Positions 1-8,653 of a stretch of 64,000 bases of DNA are shown piece by piece. Every line of letters begins with the position of its first letter. Position 1 is the first letter of the stretch. The DNA lies in the IMG/VR virus record IMGVR_UViG_2802429318_000001, positions 1 through 64,000 of that record. One strand, written 5' to 3'. Below the pieces are notes generated by a model that worked only from the letters and a program-made list of their open reading frames with translations, searched no databases and was not told the DNA's origin. A program made the position numbers and the translations under genes. The DNA is from a virus. Its lineage: Duplodnaviria; Caudoviricetes.

Positions 1-180
1 CTACGCCGCTTCGATGATCTCGCCGCGTATCGCCTCGGCCCACTTCACGATCAACAGCTCGTACTCCGCCCGCTCCTGTGCGGACAGCGAGCCGCCTGTC
101 CGCGTCCACAGGGCGCGGATCTGTTCGTTCAACGCGGCGGCAGAGCGCACGGAACCAGGCGGGGTGACTTCGGGGGACAT
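1..180 (-). CDS. small hypothetical protein (host side)
   Basis: ORF MSPEVTPPGSVRSAAALNEQIRALW...; a TAGGCT -10-like box 7 nt before the ATG at 180 suggests a leaderless start. Confidence 0.6.
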   Translation of the reverse strand: MSPEVTPPGSVRSAAALNEQIRALWTRTGGSLSAQERAEYELLIVKWAEAIRGEIIEAA

Positions 181-384
181 GCGGACCAGCCTAGGCGCAA
201 GGACTGACACTGCGCTACCGGGCGGCTACGCAAGTCGTATGCGCTGCGTCACGGTGGTCGGGGGCGGCGCGGTTCGGACGGTCGAACTCCCGCTTTCACC
301 AGGCGAGTTGACCATTACCTGCGCGCTCCCGGCCGTCGGGGTGACATGGCCGGGAACCGCTCCCCCGTCGAGGCCGCGGGGGCC

Positions 385-558
385 TCAGCCGGGCAGCCCG
401 CTCACCTCCGCGCGTTCCTCCCAGACGCGGGCCGCGAGCACCTCCGCCTCGTCCTGAGGGATGCCGGCGCTCACCAGGATGACCCCGCGGCTGCCGTCGG
501 GGAACTTCACACTGCGCGCTTCCTTGCCCAGCCGGCCCAGCGTGGGATCGTTCGGCAT
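385..558 (-). CDS. 57-aa hypothetical protein (host side; absent from the ORF track)
   Basis: GGAGGTGG Shine-Dalgarno, then ATG at 558: MPNDPTLGRLGKEARSVKFPDGSRGVILVSAGIPQDEAEVLAARVWEERAEVSGLPG*. Confidence 0.6.
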   Translation of the reverse strand: MPNDPTLGRLGKEARSVKFPDGSRGVILVSAGIPQDEAEVLAARVWEERAEVSGLPG

Positions 559-901
559 GCTCCACCTCCAGTCGGAGAGGCCACGCTAAAACGCCGCAAC
601 CCGGTCCGCAGAAGCGTTCGGCCAGACGGCCCAGGGGCCCGGCCGGCGCCCACGGCCCTTGCGTTGCCGCGCTCTCACGGCGCTGTCGCCGGTCAAGGGC
701 GGGCGTCGGGGCGGAGCGTGCCGCCGCGTCGGGTTCGAGTCGAGCTCACCGCGGAGGGGGTACGACCCAGTGACCCCGGGGGCTGCGCCTCCACCAGGCT
801 TCTCCCCGGTGCTCCGTACGCCCGCCGCAGGGGCTCGGGGCGAGGGTTTCCGCACCGTTCACTCGAAAGAGATGATCATGCGCCCTCCGGAGCGGTCGTT
901 G

Positions 902-1030
902 TCAGCCCGACGACTCGGCCGCGTGAGGGCTCAGGACGTCCGCTCCCACCAGGCCGATGATGACGAATCCGAGGGCGATGCGGTACCAGACGAACGGCAT
1001 GAAGCTCTTGTGGGAGATGAACTTCATGAA
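902..1030 (-). pseudogene. uppP: 3' fragment of undecaprenyl-diphosphate phosphatase (UppP/BacA) displaced by prophage integration
   Basis: Minus-strand translation FMKFISHKSFMPFVWYRIALGFVIIGLVGADVLSPHAAESSG* matches the Streptomyces UppP C-terminus as I recall it; the reading breaks off 5 nt from the integrase stop codon. Confidence 0.8.
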
Positions 1031-1035
1031 CAACG
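1015..1035. other. probable attL junction / att core
   Basis: Boundary between the uppP fragment and the integrase 3' end; contains the palindrome TTCATGAA (1023-1030). Exact core length cannot be set without attR. Confidence 0.6.
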
Positions 1036-2418
1036 TCAGAACCCCAGAGCTTTACCGGCCTTGACCTGCAAAGACATCCACTCTCGAAGATCAACTGGGA
1101 GTGGAGTGGGAGACAGGGGCGGCTCCCAGTCATCCGGGAGAGTCACCACGAATCGGAGCCACCGCTCCTGCATCGACTCCATGATGCGCTTTTCCATCCC
1201 CACAGTCACGTTGGCGTAAAGCCCCTCGACGCCGGCCACCTCGTGGCCCATCCGCGTCTCTACGGCGATCCGTGAGTGACCGTCGTCGTCGAGCCATTCC
1301 TTGTGGCCGTGGCGCAGCAGGTACATGCGCTTGCCCTGCCAGTTCGGCACGGCAGGCCAGCCAGGCAGCCACCGCTTCGAGCCCTTCCGGCGGTCGCCCT
1401 TCTCGGACTTCTGCCGCGCTTCCAGGCCGTCGGCGAACTTCCGCCAGTACGTGTAGGTGAAGTTCGCGTCCGCGAGTCTCCCGTCATTGATTGACGTAAA
1501 CACCCACTCGGACTCGTGGCTCGCGAGCAGCATCTCCAGCAGCTCGGCCAGAAACGGCGGCAGCACGAGCGCCCGCCGCGACTCGTATTTCGGCGGGAAC
1601 AGCTTCAACTCGCCGTCCTCGCGCTGGTGCTGCCACTGCACCCGTACCGCGGGCATCAGCTCGGCGCCGTAGCGCTCCAGGTCGTCCCTGTGTCGCTCGT
1701 CGCGGTCCTCTTCGTCCCGGTCGTCCAGGGGGTCGGAGGCCGGCCACTGAGGGTGGCAGTACTCGCGGCGCAGCGCGTACAGCTCGGCGGGCCGCATGGC
1801 GGTGAACGGCATCATCATCTGGAAGACGTAGCCGGTGAAGCCCCAGTACTGCAGGGCGTTGCACGCCAGCTGGTGGACGTCCTCGATGCGCAGGTTGCGC
1901 TTCCGCTCCTTCTTCCGCCTCACGTACCGGCCGCGGCGCCGCTGCTTGGGCACGGGGGAGGCCTGGCGCAGTTCGTCGTTGACCGCGTCGTCCATCATCA
2001 TGCTGAAGACCAGCAGGATCTCCCGCCGGTAGGCGTCGCCGATGTTCGGCTGGTCCTTCAGCCACAGCTCCCAGGCCCGGTATGCCGACGGCTTGATGTC
2101 GGCGACCGCCATGTCGCCCCAGCGGGGCTCGATGTAGAGGCGGATGTACGAGGCGATGTTCCTCTTGCGCAGGTGACCGACGTCGAGGGTCTGCTGCCAC
2201 GTCTTGCAGTACTCGCTCATCAGGACCGCGCCGTCGCGGCGGCTGATGTAGCGGTCGTTGCGGATGTCGGACTCGCGGTCCAGCCCGTAGGCGATGGCGG
2301 CTTCCCGGCTGTCGAAGCCTCCTTGGCTGTCGTGCAGCCAGCGTCCCGTCTCGGGGTGCCGCTTGCCGGTGTTCCATCGGACTCGCCACTTGTTCCCGCG
2401 CTGTTCGGGATAGGGCAT
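1036..2418 (-). CDS. int: tyrosine recombinase / phage integrase
   Basis: N-terminal arm-binding region; catalytic motifs MRPAE (R), PKY (K), LLRH, MGH and GLY (Y). Confidence 0.93.
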   Translation of the reverse strand: MPYPEQRGNKWRVRWNTGKRHPETGRWLHDSQGGFDSREAAIAYGLDRESDIRNDRYISRRDGAVLMSEYCKTWQQTLDVGHLRKRNIASYIRLYIEPRWGDMAVADIKPSAYRAWELWLKDQPNIGDAYRREILLVFSMMMDDAVNDELRQASPVPKQRRRGRYVRRKKERKRNLRIEDVHQLACNALQYWGFTGYVFQMMMPFTAMRPAELYALRREYCHPQWPASDPLDDRDEEDRDERHRDDLERYGAELMPAVRVQWQHQREDGELKLFPPKYESRRALVLPPFLAELLEMLLASHESEWVFTSINDGRLADANFTYTYWRKFADGLEARQKSEKGDRRKGSKRWLPGWPAVPNWQGKRMYLLRHGHKEWLDDDGHSRIAVETRMGHEVAGVEGLYANVTVGMEKRIMESMQERWLRFVVTLPDDWEPPLSPTPLPVDLREWMSLQVKAGKALGF

Positions 2419-2504
2419 GCGTCATCCCCCAGATGAGTCGCGCAGTGTTGGGTGCGGATGTGCCGGCAGGCACCCCTGCCACCGGCTTCCGCTTACTCGA
2501 CCGA

Positions 2505-2699
2505 CTACTCTGCCGTGCCGACCACGCAGGCGCGGCACTTTCGGCAATCGATCCCCTGGCTGTGCATCAGTTCCCGTACCCGCGCCTGAACCGCGGGATC
2601 GGTGGCTGCTGCGGGGGTCAGGACACAGACGGTTTCGCCGTCCTCCTCCAGAACGTGGCCCTCGAAACCGGCTCTGTCGAACAACACCATCGTCGCCAT
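2505..2699 (-). CDS. small hypothetical protein with C-terminal CxxCxxC
   Basis: G-rich RBS before the ATG; co-oriented between repressor and integrase. Confidence 0.7.
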   Translation of the reverse strand: MATMVLFDRAGFEGHVLEEDGETVCVLTPAAATDPAVQARVRELMHSQGIDCRKCRACVVGTAE

Positions 2700-2848
2700 A
2701 GGTCCCCCTAGACCTCGGAGAACCCCTCATGTGGACCGCCAGGCTTACACGTGTGACGGCTGTGCAACAGAGTGTTGTTGAACTTTCCTCAGCTTGCCAA
2801 AATCACGATTAGGTAACGCCAAAAAGGTTGCATGGTCGCCGGAGGCAA

Positions 2849-3310
2849 TTACTCCTCTTTTAGCACTCCGCGCGCCCTCAGCTCCTTGAACATCTCGTCC
2901 TTCAGGGCCTTGGCTTCACTCAGCGTCAGGTGCGGAGCAGTCAGCTGGGCCGAGATGGTGAAGGCCCGGTCCACCTCCTCCTCGAGCCGGCTGAAGTCCC
3001 GGATCTGCCCACCCTCGATCAGCTGCGTGCCGTCCCCCAGGGTGATGGAGTCGGACACCCCGTCCGCGACGGCCTTCGTCGAACCGGGCCGGAAGCCGAA
3101 GCCCACGTCCAGCTTCGCGTAGGTGCTGTCACGGACGCGGCTGGGCGCCGCGGTCTCGGTGCCCTCGATCTTCCGGTACGTCGTGTGCGAGATCCCGCAG
3201 GCGTCGGCCGCCGCCTCTTTGCTGGCGAAGCCGAGCGCCACTCGCCGCTGCGTCACGAGCGCCGCGAGTTTCTGCAGGTGGCGGGTGGGGTCGCCATCGG
3301 GGGTTGCCAT
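2849..3310 (-). CDS. XRE-family HTH immunity repressor (probably leaderless)
   Basis: SKEAAADACGISHTTYRKIE HTH; divergent from the Cro-like gene; CATCAT -10-like box 7 nt upstream of the ATG at 3310. Confidence 0.85.
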   Translation of the reverse strand: MATPDGDPTRHLQKLAALVTQRRVALGFASKEAAADACGISHTTYRKIEGTETAAPSRVRDSTYAKLDVGFGFRPGSTKAVADGVSDSITLGDGTQLIEGGQIRDFSRLEEEVDRAFTISAQLTAPHLTLSEAKALKDEMFKELRARGVLKEE

Positions 3311-3494
3311 GCCGCACATGATGCCAGCGACCGCCAGCGACCGCTATATGCGCTTCGTACCGTGACCGGAACGTGGCGGGAAGTAGGCGGGAACCCGCGA
3401 GAACCCTCGTCATAACTCTCGGAAACTCGCGACATCTCCAAGTTACTCGCGCGTACCGCTAGTTTCCGCCAGTTTCCTCCGCTACCTTCAACGC
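3311..3494. promoter_or_regulatory. lysis/lysogeny switch region with divergent promoters
   Basis: Intergenic between divergent HTH genes; TACCTT -10 at 3483-3488 just before ATG 3495; recurring AC(C/T)CGCG words as possible operators. Confidence 0.6.
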
Positions 3495-3797
3495 ATGGAA
3501 AGACCCCAACCCACCTTCCAGGTGGACGGGGCGGAAATCCGTAAACGCCGCATGGAAGTCGGCCTCACCCTCCGCCAGTGCGCGAAGGAAGCCGGCATGT
3601 CCCACAGCTACCTCAGCGAGATCGAGACCGGCCTCAAGACCGACATGCGGCCCCCCACATACACGGCACTGCGCACCGCCCTCCAGATCCAGACCGACAA
3701 CCACCAACTCCTCGCCCCCACAGACGAGACCGAACACAGGAAGGACTCCCGTGGCCGCGACGAAGACGCACCCCGTCCCCACCCAGAGGACGGCTGA
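3495..3797 (+). CDS. Cro-like XRE HTH protein
   Basis: IRKRRMEVGLTLRQCAKEAGMSHSYLSEIETG. Confidence 0.85.
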   Translation: MERPQPTFQVDGAEIRKRRMEVGLTLRQCAKEAGMSHSYLSEIETGLKTDMRPPTYTALRTALQIQTDNHQLLAPTDETEHRKDSRGRDEDAPRPHPEDG

Positions 3798-4125
3798 GCC
3801 GACCCCGGCCCTCGAAAACTTCTACAACGTCCGCAACGCCGCGATCCGGCTCGGCCTCACCGACCCGGAACTCCCGGACGACACCACCGGACAGAGCTGG
3901 CTGCGCGACGGCTACAACCGTCCCGAAGACGGAAGCGCGGGACGGAAGTTCCCCGGCTTCTACATGAGCCGACAGCTCATGTTCAGCACCTCGGACCTCG
4001 CCGTGATCACAGAGATCGCCCGCCAAGAGTCCGAAGCGCGGCAGCGCGCGAAGGAGACGCCGCCGGTATCGACCGGCCGCCCCCGCCGCCTGCGCTCGAA
4101 GACCCCGGCGCTCGCCGGTACCTGA
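3751..4125 (+). CDS. putative excisionase-like DNA-binding protein
   Basis: FYNVRNAAIRLG...WLRD...LMFSTSDL resembles a MerR/Xis-type winged HTH; located after Cro. Confidence 0.55.
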   Translation: MAATKTHPVPTQRTAEPTPALENFYNVRNAAIRLGLTDPELPDDTTGQSWLRDGYNRPEDGSAGRKFPGFYMSRQLMFSTSDLAVITEIARQESEARQRAKETPPVSTGRPRRLRSKTPALAGT

Positions 4126-4214
4126 CCCACAAACGCCGAAGGGCCGCTCCGACTAGCCGGCCTGAGCAGCCCTACGACTCGGCAACCCCACCACACAGTG
4201 AAGGAGAGGTCACC

Positions 4215-4583
4215 TTGACCACTCAGATTACAGAGCGCAGCACCTTCCGCGCCCAGCAGGCCGCGCAGGAGCGGAACGACTTCAGCTACCGCAGCACCGT
4301 GGATGTCCGCGACCTGCCGTACACGGAGCGCGTCGCCCACCAGGCCACCCCCACCGGAGTGCAGGTCACGGGCGCGGACATGGGCGTCCTCGGTGCCTGG
4401 CTGCAAGCGATGGGCGGCACGGTCACGAAGGTCGAACTGCCGCACGGCCAGACGGCGTGGACGCTGCACACGCGGACGTGGTCTGACTCGCCCCGGTTCC
4501 CGGTGGTGCCGGTCTACGTGACCGTGGTGCAGGCGTCGGATGACCCGGTGATGCACGAGATCGCCGCGGCGGTGGCCCGGTGA
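4215..4583 (+). CDS. hypothetical phage protein
   Basis: AAGGAGAGG RBS; coupled to the next gene. Confidence 0.75.
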   Translation: MTTQITERSTFRAQQAAQERNDFSYRSTVDVRDLPYTERVAHQATPTGVQVTGADMGVLGAWLQAMGGTVTKVELPHGQTAWTLHTRTWSDSPRFPVVPVYVTVVQASDDPVMHEIAAAVAR

Positions 4584-5344
4584 ACGCCCGGTCGGTGAAC
4601 GCGGCGGCCGGTGTGGTGCTGGCCGCGATGGAGCAGGGCCGCCGAACGGCGACGGGTATCGCGCTGGCACTGGACGCGGCGCAGATGCTGATGTCCCCCG
4701 AGACCGCCGCGGAGTTGGAGCGGCTGAGGACTCGGAACGCCGAGCTGGAAGCCCGCGTGAGCGCTGAGGAGAACATCCGCCCGCACCGCCAGGCCTGCGC
4801 CAACTCGAACCTGCACTACATCGGGAAGCTGTCGCTGCGGATCCGCCGGACACGGTTCCTGCACGTGAACCACCCCGACCCGGAGCGCTGCGCACACGAC
4901 GGCATGGCCTGGCCCTGCCCGACTGTGGCCGCCCTGGAGTCGGCGGTCGGCGAGGCGGTACACCCGTGTGGCTGCCCGAAGCGGTTCGGCCGGCACGCGG
5001 ACGGTTGCCCGACGGAGGCTGACCGCGCGGCCGAGGAGAACGGTGGGGACACGCTCCCGGCCTGGCTGTACGAGCGGTTCATGCCGGAGGGCGAGGGGTG
5101 GGGGTACCTCGACCCTGGGCAGCGCGAGTACTGGGAGCACCAGGCGCGTGCTGTGCGTCGGGCGGTAGAGCGGGGCGGCTTCAAGGCCCCGTCGCCGGAG
5201 GCCAGTGGGGACGTGACGCCGCAGGTGGCCAAGCTGCGCAACCTGCTGGCCGGCCAGCGCGCCGCGGTCGAGGACCCGCACGACTCCCCTCTGCACCACG
5301 ACTACCGGGTGTCGCGCGACCTGCCCGCACCGGATGGCTCGTGA
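4580..5344 (+). CDS. hypothetical phage protein (coiled coil plus Cys/His modules)
   Basis: GTGA overlap; GC3-biased ORF. Confidence 0.75.
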   Translation: MNARSVNAAAGVVLAAMEQGRRTATGIALALDAAQMLMSPETAAELERLRTRNAELEARVSAEENIRPHRQACANSNLHYIGKLSLRIRRTRFLHVNHPDPERCAHDGMAWPCPTVAALESAVGEAVHPCGCPKRFGRHADGCPTEADRAAEENGGDTLPAWLYERFMPEGEGWGYLDPGQREYWEHQARAVRRAVERGGFKAPSPEASGDVTPQVAKLRNLLAGQRAAVEDPHDSPLHHDYRVSRDLPAPDGS

Positions 5345-5598
5345 TGGCCCCCACCCACAGCCCCGCCGACTGGGCGGCCGCCGTCTCGCTGGGAGTCAGC
5401 GCCTGGGCGTCATGCGCGGCGCTGCTCTACCTCCTCCACGACGCCGAGCTGCGGGACTTCGACCCGCGGCCGCTGTTCGCCACCGCGCGAGACCGGCTGC
5501 TCGTCGAGATCGTCCGCGCCCGCCACACCCTCCAGGACACCGCGCTCATCGCCGCAGTCCTCTTCACCCTCGCTGCCGGGAACGGAGCCACCCTGTGA
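5344..5598 (+). CDS. small membrane protein
   Basis: MAPTHSPADWAAAVSLG...; two hydrophobic stretches; overlapping start and stop. Confidence 0.65.
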   Translation: MAPTHSPADWAAAVSLGVSAWASCAALLYLLHDAELRDFDPRPLFATARDRLLVEIVRARHTLQDTALIAAVLFTLAAGNGATL

Positions 5599-5975
5599 AC
5601 CGCGTCCGCCTGTACCTGCACCGCATCTTCCGCCGCCCCGTCATCACCGGCCCGTACCGGCTGTACGTCCGCCGCATCCCGGGCGGAGCGATGCTCGACG
5701 TCGAGCACTACCTCACCGCCATGATCGAGGCCCTCGCCGACGACTCGGATCTCCTCGGCCTCCTCGACGACATCGTCACCGACCGCGCCGAGGCCAGGGC
5801 CCACGACGGCTGGAAGCCGGAGGCCCTCCTCGTCGAGAAGCTGACGGACCGCCTCGGCTTCGAACTCCCGCTGTACGACCAGGCGGCGGCCCGGCTCGCG
5901 GACCGACTGCACGCGCTCACCCCGGCCCCGGCCGTCGTCATCCCCGGCCAGCGCGAGGGCGAGGCCACCGCATGA
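5595..5975 (+). CDS. hypothetical phage protein
   Basis: GTG start overlapping the previous TGA. Confidence 0.7.
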   Translation: MNRVRLYLHRIFRRPVITGPYRLYVRRIPGGAMLDVEHYLTAMIEALADDSDLLGLLDDIVTDRAEARAHDGWKPEALLVEKLTDRLGFELPLYDQAAARLADRLHALTPAPAVVIPGQREGEATA

Positions 5976-6151
5976 GCGCCCGCCTGGCCCTGCACTGGGC
6001 CGTCACCCTCCTCGCCGCCATGGCCGCGATCGTCGCCTCCTCCGCGCTCCCCAACCCGTGGGCGCAGCCCCTCGGCTCGACCCTCCCCGTCGCAGTCCTG
6101 GCCTGCGGCTACGTCACGGCACCCGCCATCCGAAAGAAGCCCCGCCCGTGA
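5972..6151 (+). CDS. 59-aa membrane protein (not in the ORF track)
   Basis: MSARLALHWAVTLLAAMAAIVASS...; ATGA and GTGA coupling at both ends. Confidence 0.6.
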   Translation: MSARLALHWAVTLLAAMAAIVASSALPNPWAQPLGSTLPVAVLACGYVTAPAIRKKPRP

Positions 6152-6588
6152 ACGACAACGACGTCGCCCACCGCCGCGACTACCTCGCCAACATCCTCGC
6201 CGCCCGCACCCACGGCAACCCGATCACCACCCACAGCGTGGTCCGGTTCCTCGCCCAGAGCCGGTGGTCCACGGCCGGCCGCAACACCGTCCGGAAGGAC
6301 CTGCGCGCGCTGGCCGCGCGCGGGCTCCTCACCGCGGTCGTCGACCTGGAGACGGGCCGCCGGATCTACCACCTCAAGTCCCAGGAAGGGCGTCGCTCGA
6401 TGAGCATCGACGCCGACCGCGTCATCGGCCAGATCCAGCGCGGTGAGGTCGACGCCAGCGCCGACGCGGCCCGACGGATCGCCGCCCGCCACCAGGCCGC
6501 CTACGGCGACGCCGTGTGGGGGCCCGCCCCGACCGTCGACGTGACCGCGCTGCCGCAGACCGCGCAGGACTGGCAGGAGACCGCCTGA
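6148..6588 (+). CDS. winged-helix DNA-binding protein with C-terminal extension
   Basis: GRNTVRKDLRALAARGLL wHTH motif. Confidence 0.65.
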   Translation: MNDNDVAHRRDYLANILAARTHGNPITTHSVVRFLAQSRWSTAGRNTVRKDLRALAARGLLTAVVDLETGRRIYHLKSQEGRRSMSIDADRVIGQIQRGEVDASADAARRIAARHQAAYGDAVWGPAPTVDVTALPQTAQDWQETA

Positions 6589-7526
6589 TGACGACCACCG
6601 TGCAGGCCGGGGCTTCGGCCCCGGCCGCCGGCCGCCGCCGCAAGGCCGCCGCCCCGGCCCCCACCGGCGCCGACCGCATCCCCAAGCCCTCCCAGGGCTG
6701 GTACCGCGACAAGGTCACCGGCGCCAAGTACCGCCGCGTCACCACCATCCTCGAACAAGGCACGAGCAAGGGCGACGCCCTCACCTTCTGGGCCGGGAAC
6801 ATCACCGCCGAGACCGCGATGGCCAACCTGCCCTATCTGGTCCGCAGCAGCCTCTTTCCCGACCAGCGCACCGAGGCCTACGACTGGCTGCGCCGGGCCC
6901 ACACCCGCAAGAAGGACGAGCGCGCCGACATCGGCACCGCAGTCCACAAGATCATCGAATCCCACGTGCTGGGCACACCGATCCCCGAAGAACTCCTCGA
7001 CGACGAGGAGATGGCCCCCTTCCTCGGCCACTTCCTCCGCTTCGTCAAGGAGTGGCAGGTCACCTTCGAGGCATCCGAGATGGTCGTCGGCAACGAACAG
7101 CACGGCTACGCCGGCACCCTCGACTACCTGGTCCGCTCGCCGCTCATCGCGCAGGCGCTCGCCGCCTACTTCCAGACCGACGTCCCCGCCGACTCCGTGT
7201 TCTGCGGCGACACCAAGACGGGCGGCGAGCTCGACGTCAAGGGCGTCTACCCCGAGGCCTCGCTCCAGATGGCCGCCTACCGGCACGCCAAGGTCGCCTG
7301 GCTCCGCGACGGATCCACCGTCCCGATGCCCACCACCTTCTGGGCCGGCGTCGTCCTGCACCTGCGCCCCGAGGGATTCCGCCTCATCCCCGCCGTCGCC
7401 GACGACGCCGTCTTCGATGCCTTCCTCACCGTCAAGCGCAACGCCGAGTGGACGTCCGGCCTGTCCAAGCAGGTCATCCGCCCTGCCCTCACCCTGCCCA
7501 ACACCAGCGAAGAGAGGGCCGCCTGA
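6588..7526 (+). CDS. PD-(D/E)XK exonuclease (RecE/YqaJ/Cas4-like)
   Basis: VTTIL, GTAVH, YAGTLD, GDTKT and LQMAAY motifs. Confidence 0.85.
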   Translation: MTTTVQAGASAPAAGRRRKAAAPAPTGADRIPKPSQGWYRDKVTGAKYRRVTTILEQGTSKGDALTFWAGNITAETAMANLPYLVRSSLFPDQRTEAYDWLRRAHTRKKDERADIGTAVHKIIESHVLGTPIPEELLDDEEMAPFLGHFLRFVKEWQVTFEASEMVVGNEQHGYAGTLDYLVRSPLIAQALAAYFQTDVPADSVFCGDTKTGGELDVKGVYPEASLQMAAYRHAKVAWLRDGSTVPMPTTFWAGVVLHLRPEGFRLIPAVADDAVFDAFLTVKRNAEWTSGLSKQVIRPALTLPNTSEERAA

Positions 7527-8653
7527 TGCCCATCATCGACTTGCAGCGCCGCATGCGGCAGCTCGGCGAGATCCGCATCGGCCACGTCGTGTCCGGCGTG
7601 TCCAAGAAGGGCAACGCCTACACCAGCCCGGCGAAGCTGAAGCACTTCCGCTTCACCTCTCCGTCGCGGGAGATCCTCACCGAGGTCGCCGCCCTCTACG
7701 GCGGCGAGGTCAAGCCGTGGACCCCGGCCAACGGCGGCCCCGCCGAGTTCGAGGTGTACTCCACCACCAACCGGCTCCCCGTCCTCATCCCGCCGCAGGA
7801 CGCCGTCTCCCAGTGGTACGAGCTGTACGCCGGATCGAAGTGCCAGAGGCGCTGCGACGGCGTCACCGAGCACAAGAAGGACCGGCCCTGCGTCTGCGAC
7901 CCGGACAACCGGGAATGCAAGATCACCACCCGGGTCAACGTCATGCTCCGCGACGTTCCCGCCCTCGGCCAGTGGCTCCTGATCACCAAGGGCTACTACG
8001 CCGCCACCGAACTCCCGCCCGCCGCCGAACTGCTGGCCCAGGCCGGCGGGTACGTCGCCGGATGGCTCGGCATGGAGGAGAAGCTCGTCCAGCGCGACGA
8101 GGGCCCCGCCCGGTTCATGGTCCCGACGCTCGACGTCGAGATCACCCCGGCCGCCCTGATGGCCGGAAAGATGACTGGTGCCCAGACAGCCGTTGCATCG
8201 GGCCCGGAGCGCGTGGCGATCACCGGTGGCCGGCCGGATTATGCGGCGCTGGTCGCTGTAGCGAAGACGCCTGATGACGTCGGCAAGCTGTGGACGCAGG
8301 CGAACCAGGCCGGTCACCTCGACGACGCCCTGGCCGCGATCATCAAGGCGAAGGCCGCAGCGCTCGGCGCGAAGCCCAAGGACGCGACGCCCCCGGCCTC
8401 TGGGCCGGAGCAGCCGACACCGCCGCCGACGCCGTCCGAAGACGAGGTCATCGAGGCGGAGTTCGTCGATGACCCGGCTGACGTGCAGGACGTCTGGTTC
8501 CAGGTCATCGCTGCGGCAGGCGCGCACCAACTCACCACCGAGCAGGTCGAGGGCGGGTTCGCGGAGCGGCACGGCGGGCTGCACCCGTCGGGAGCCACGG
8601 TTGCCCAGCTCACCACGTACCTCGCCGCTGTGAAGGCGGGTGAGGTCCGATGA
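7526..8653 (+). CDS. Gp3-like (recombination-directionality-factor-like) protein, probable annealing/recombination protein
   Basis: MPIIDLQRRMRQLGEIRIG...FRFTSPS N-terminus and Cys cluster CQRRCD...CVC...C; directly follows the exonuclease. Confidence 0.7.
   Translation: MPIIDLQRRMRQLGEIRIGHVVSGVSKKGNAYTSPAKLKHFRFTSPSREILTEVAALYGGEVKPWTPANGGPAEFEVYSTTNRLPVLIPPQDAVSQWYELYAGSKCQRRCDGVTEHKKDRPCVCDPDNRECKITTRVNVMLRDVPALGQWLLITKGYYAATELPPAAELLAQAGGYVAGWLGMEEKLVQRDEGPARFMVPTLDVEITPAALMAGKMTGAQTAVASGPERVAITGGRPDYAALVAVAKTPDDVGKLWTQANQAGHLDDALAAIIKAKAAALGAKPKDATPPASGPEQPTPPPTPSEDEVIEAEFVDDPADVQDVWFQVIAAAGAHQLTTEQVEGGFAERHGGLHPSGATVAQLTTYLAAVKAGEVR

Noticed and set aside
725-790. GGGTTCGAGTC, a tRNA T-arm-like word near the integrase
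   Set aside because: No paired T stem or cloverleaf could be built, and the att site is better explained by the uppP fragment.
659-1219. 186-aa + strand ORF across the junction
   Set aside because: Antisense to the uppP fragment and the integrase end.
6588-7526. Cas4-like nuclease as a sign of a CRISPR system
   Set aside because: No Fe-S cysteine set and no other cas genes; the context is a phage recombination module.
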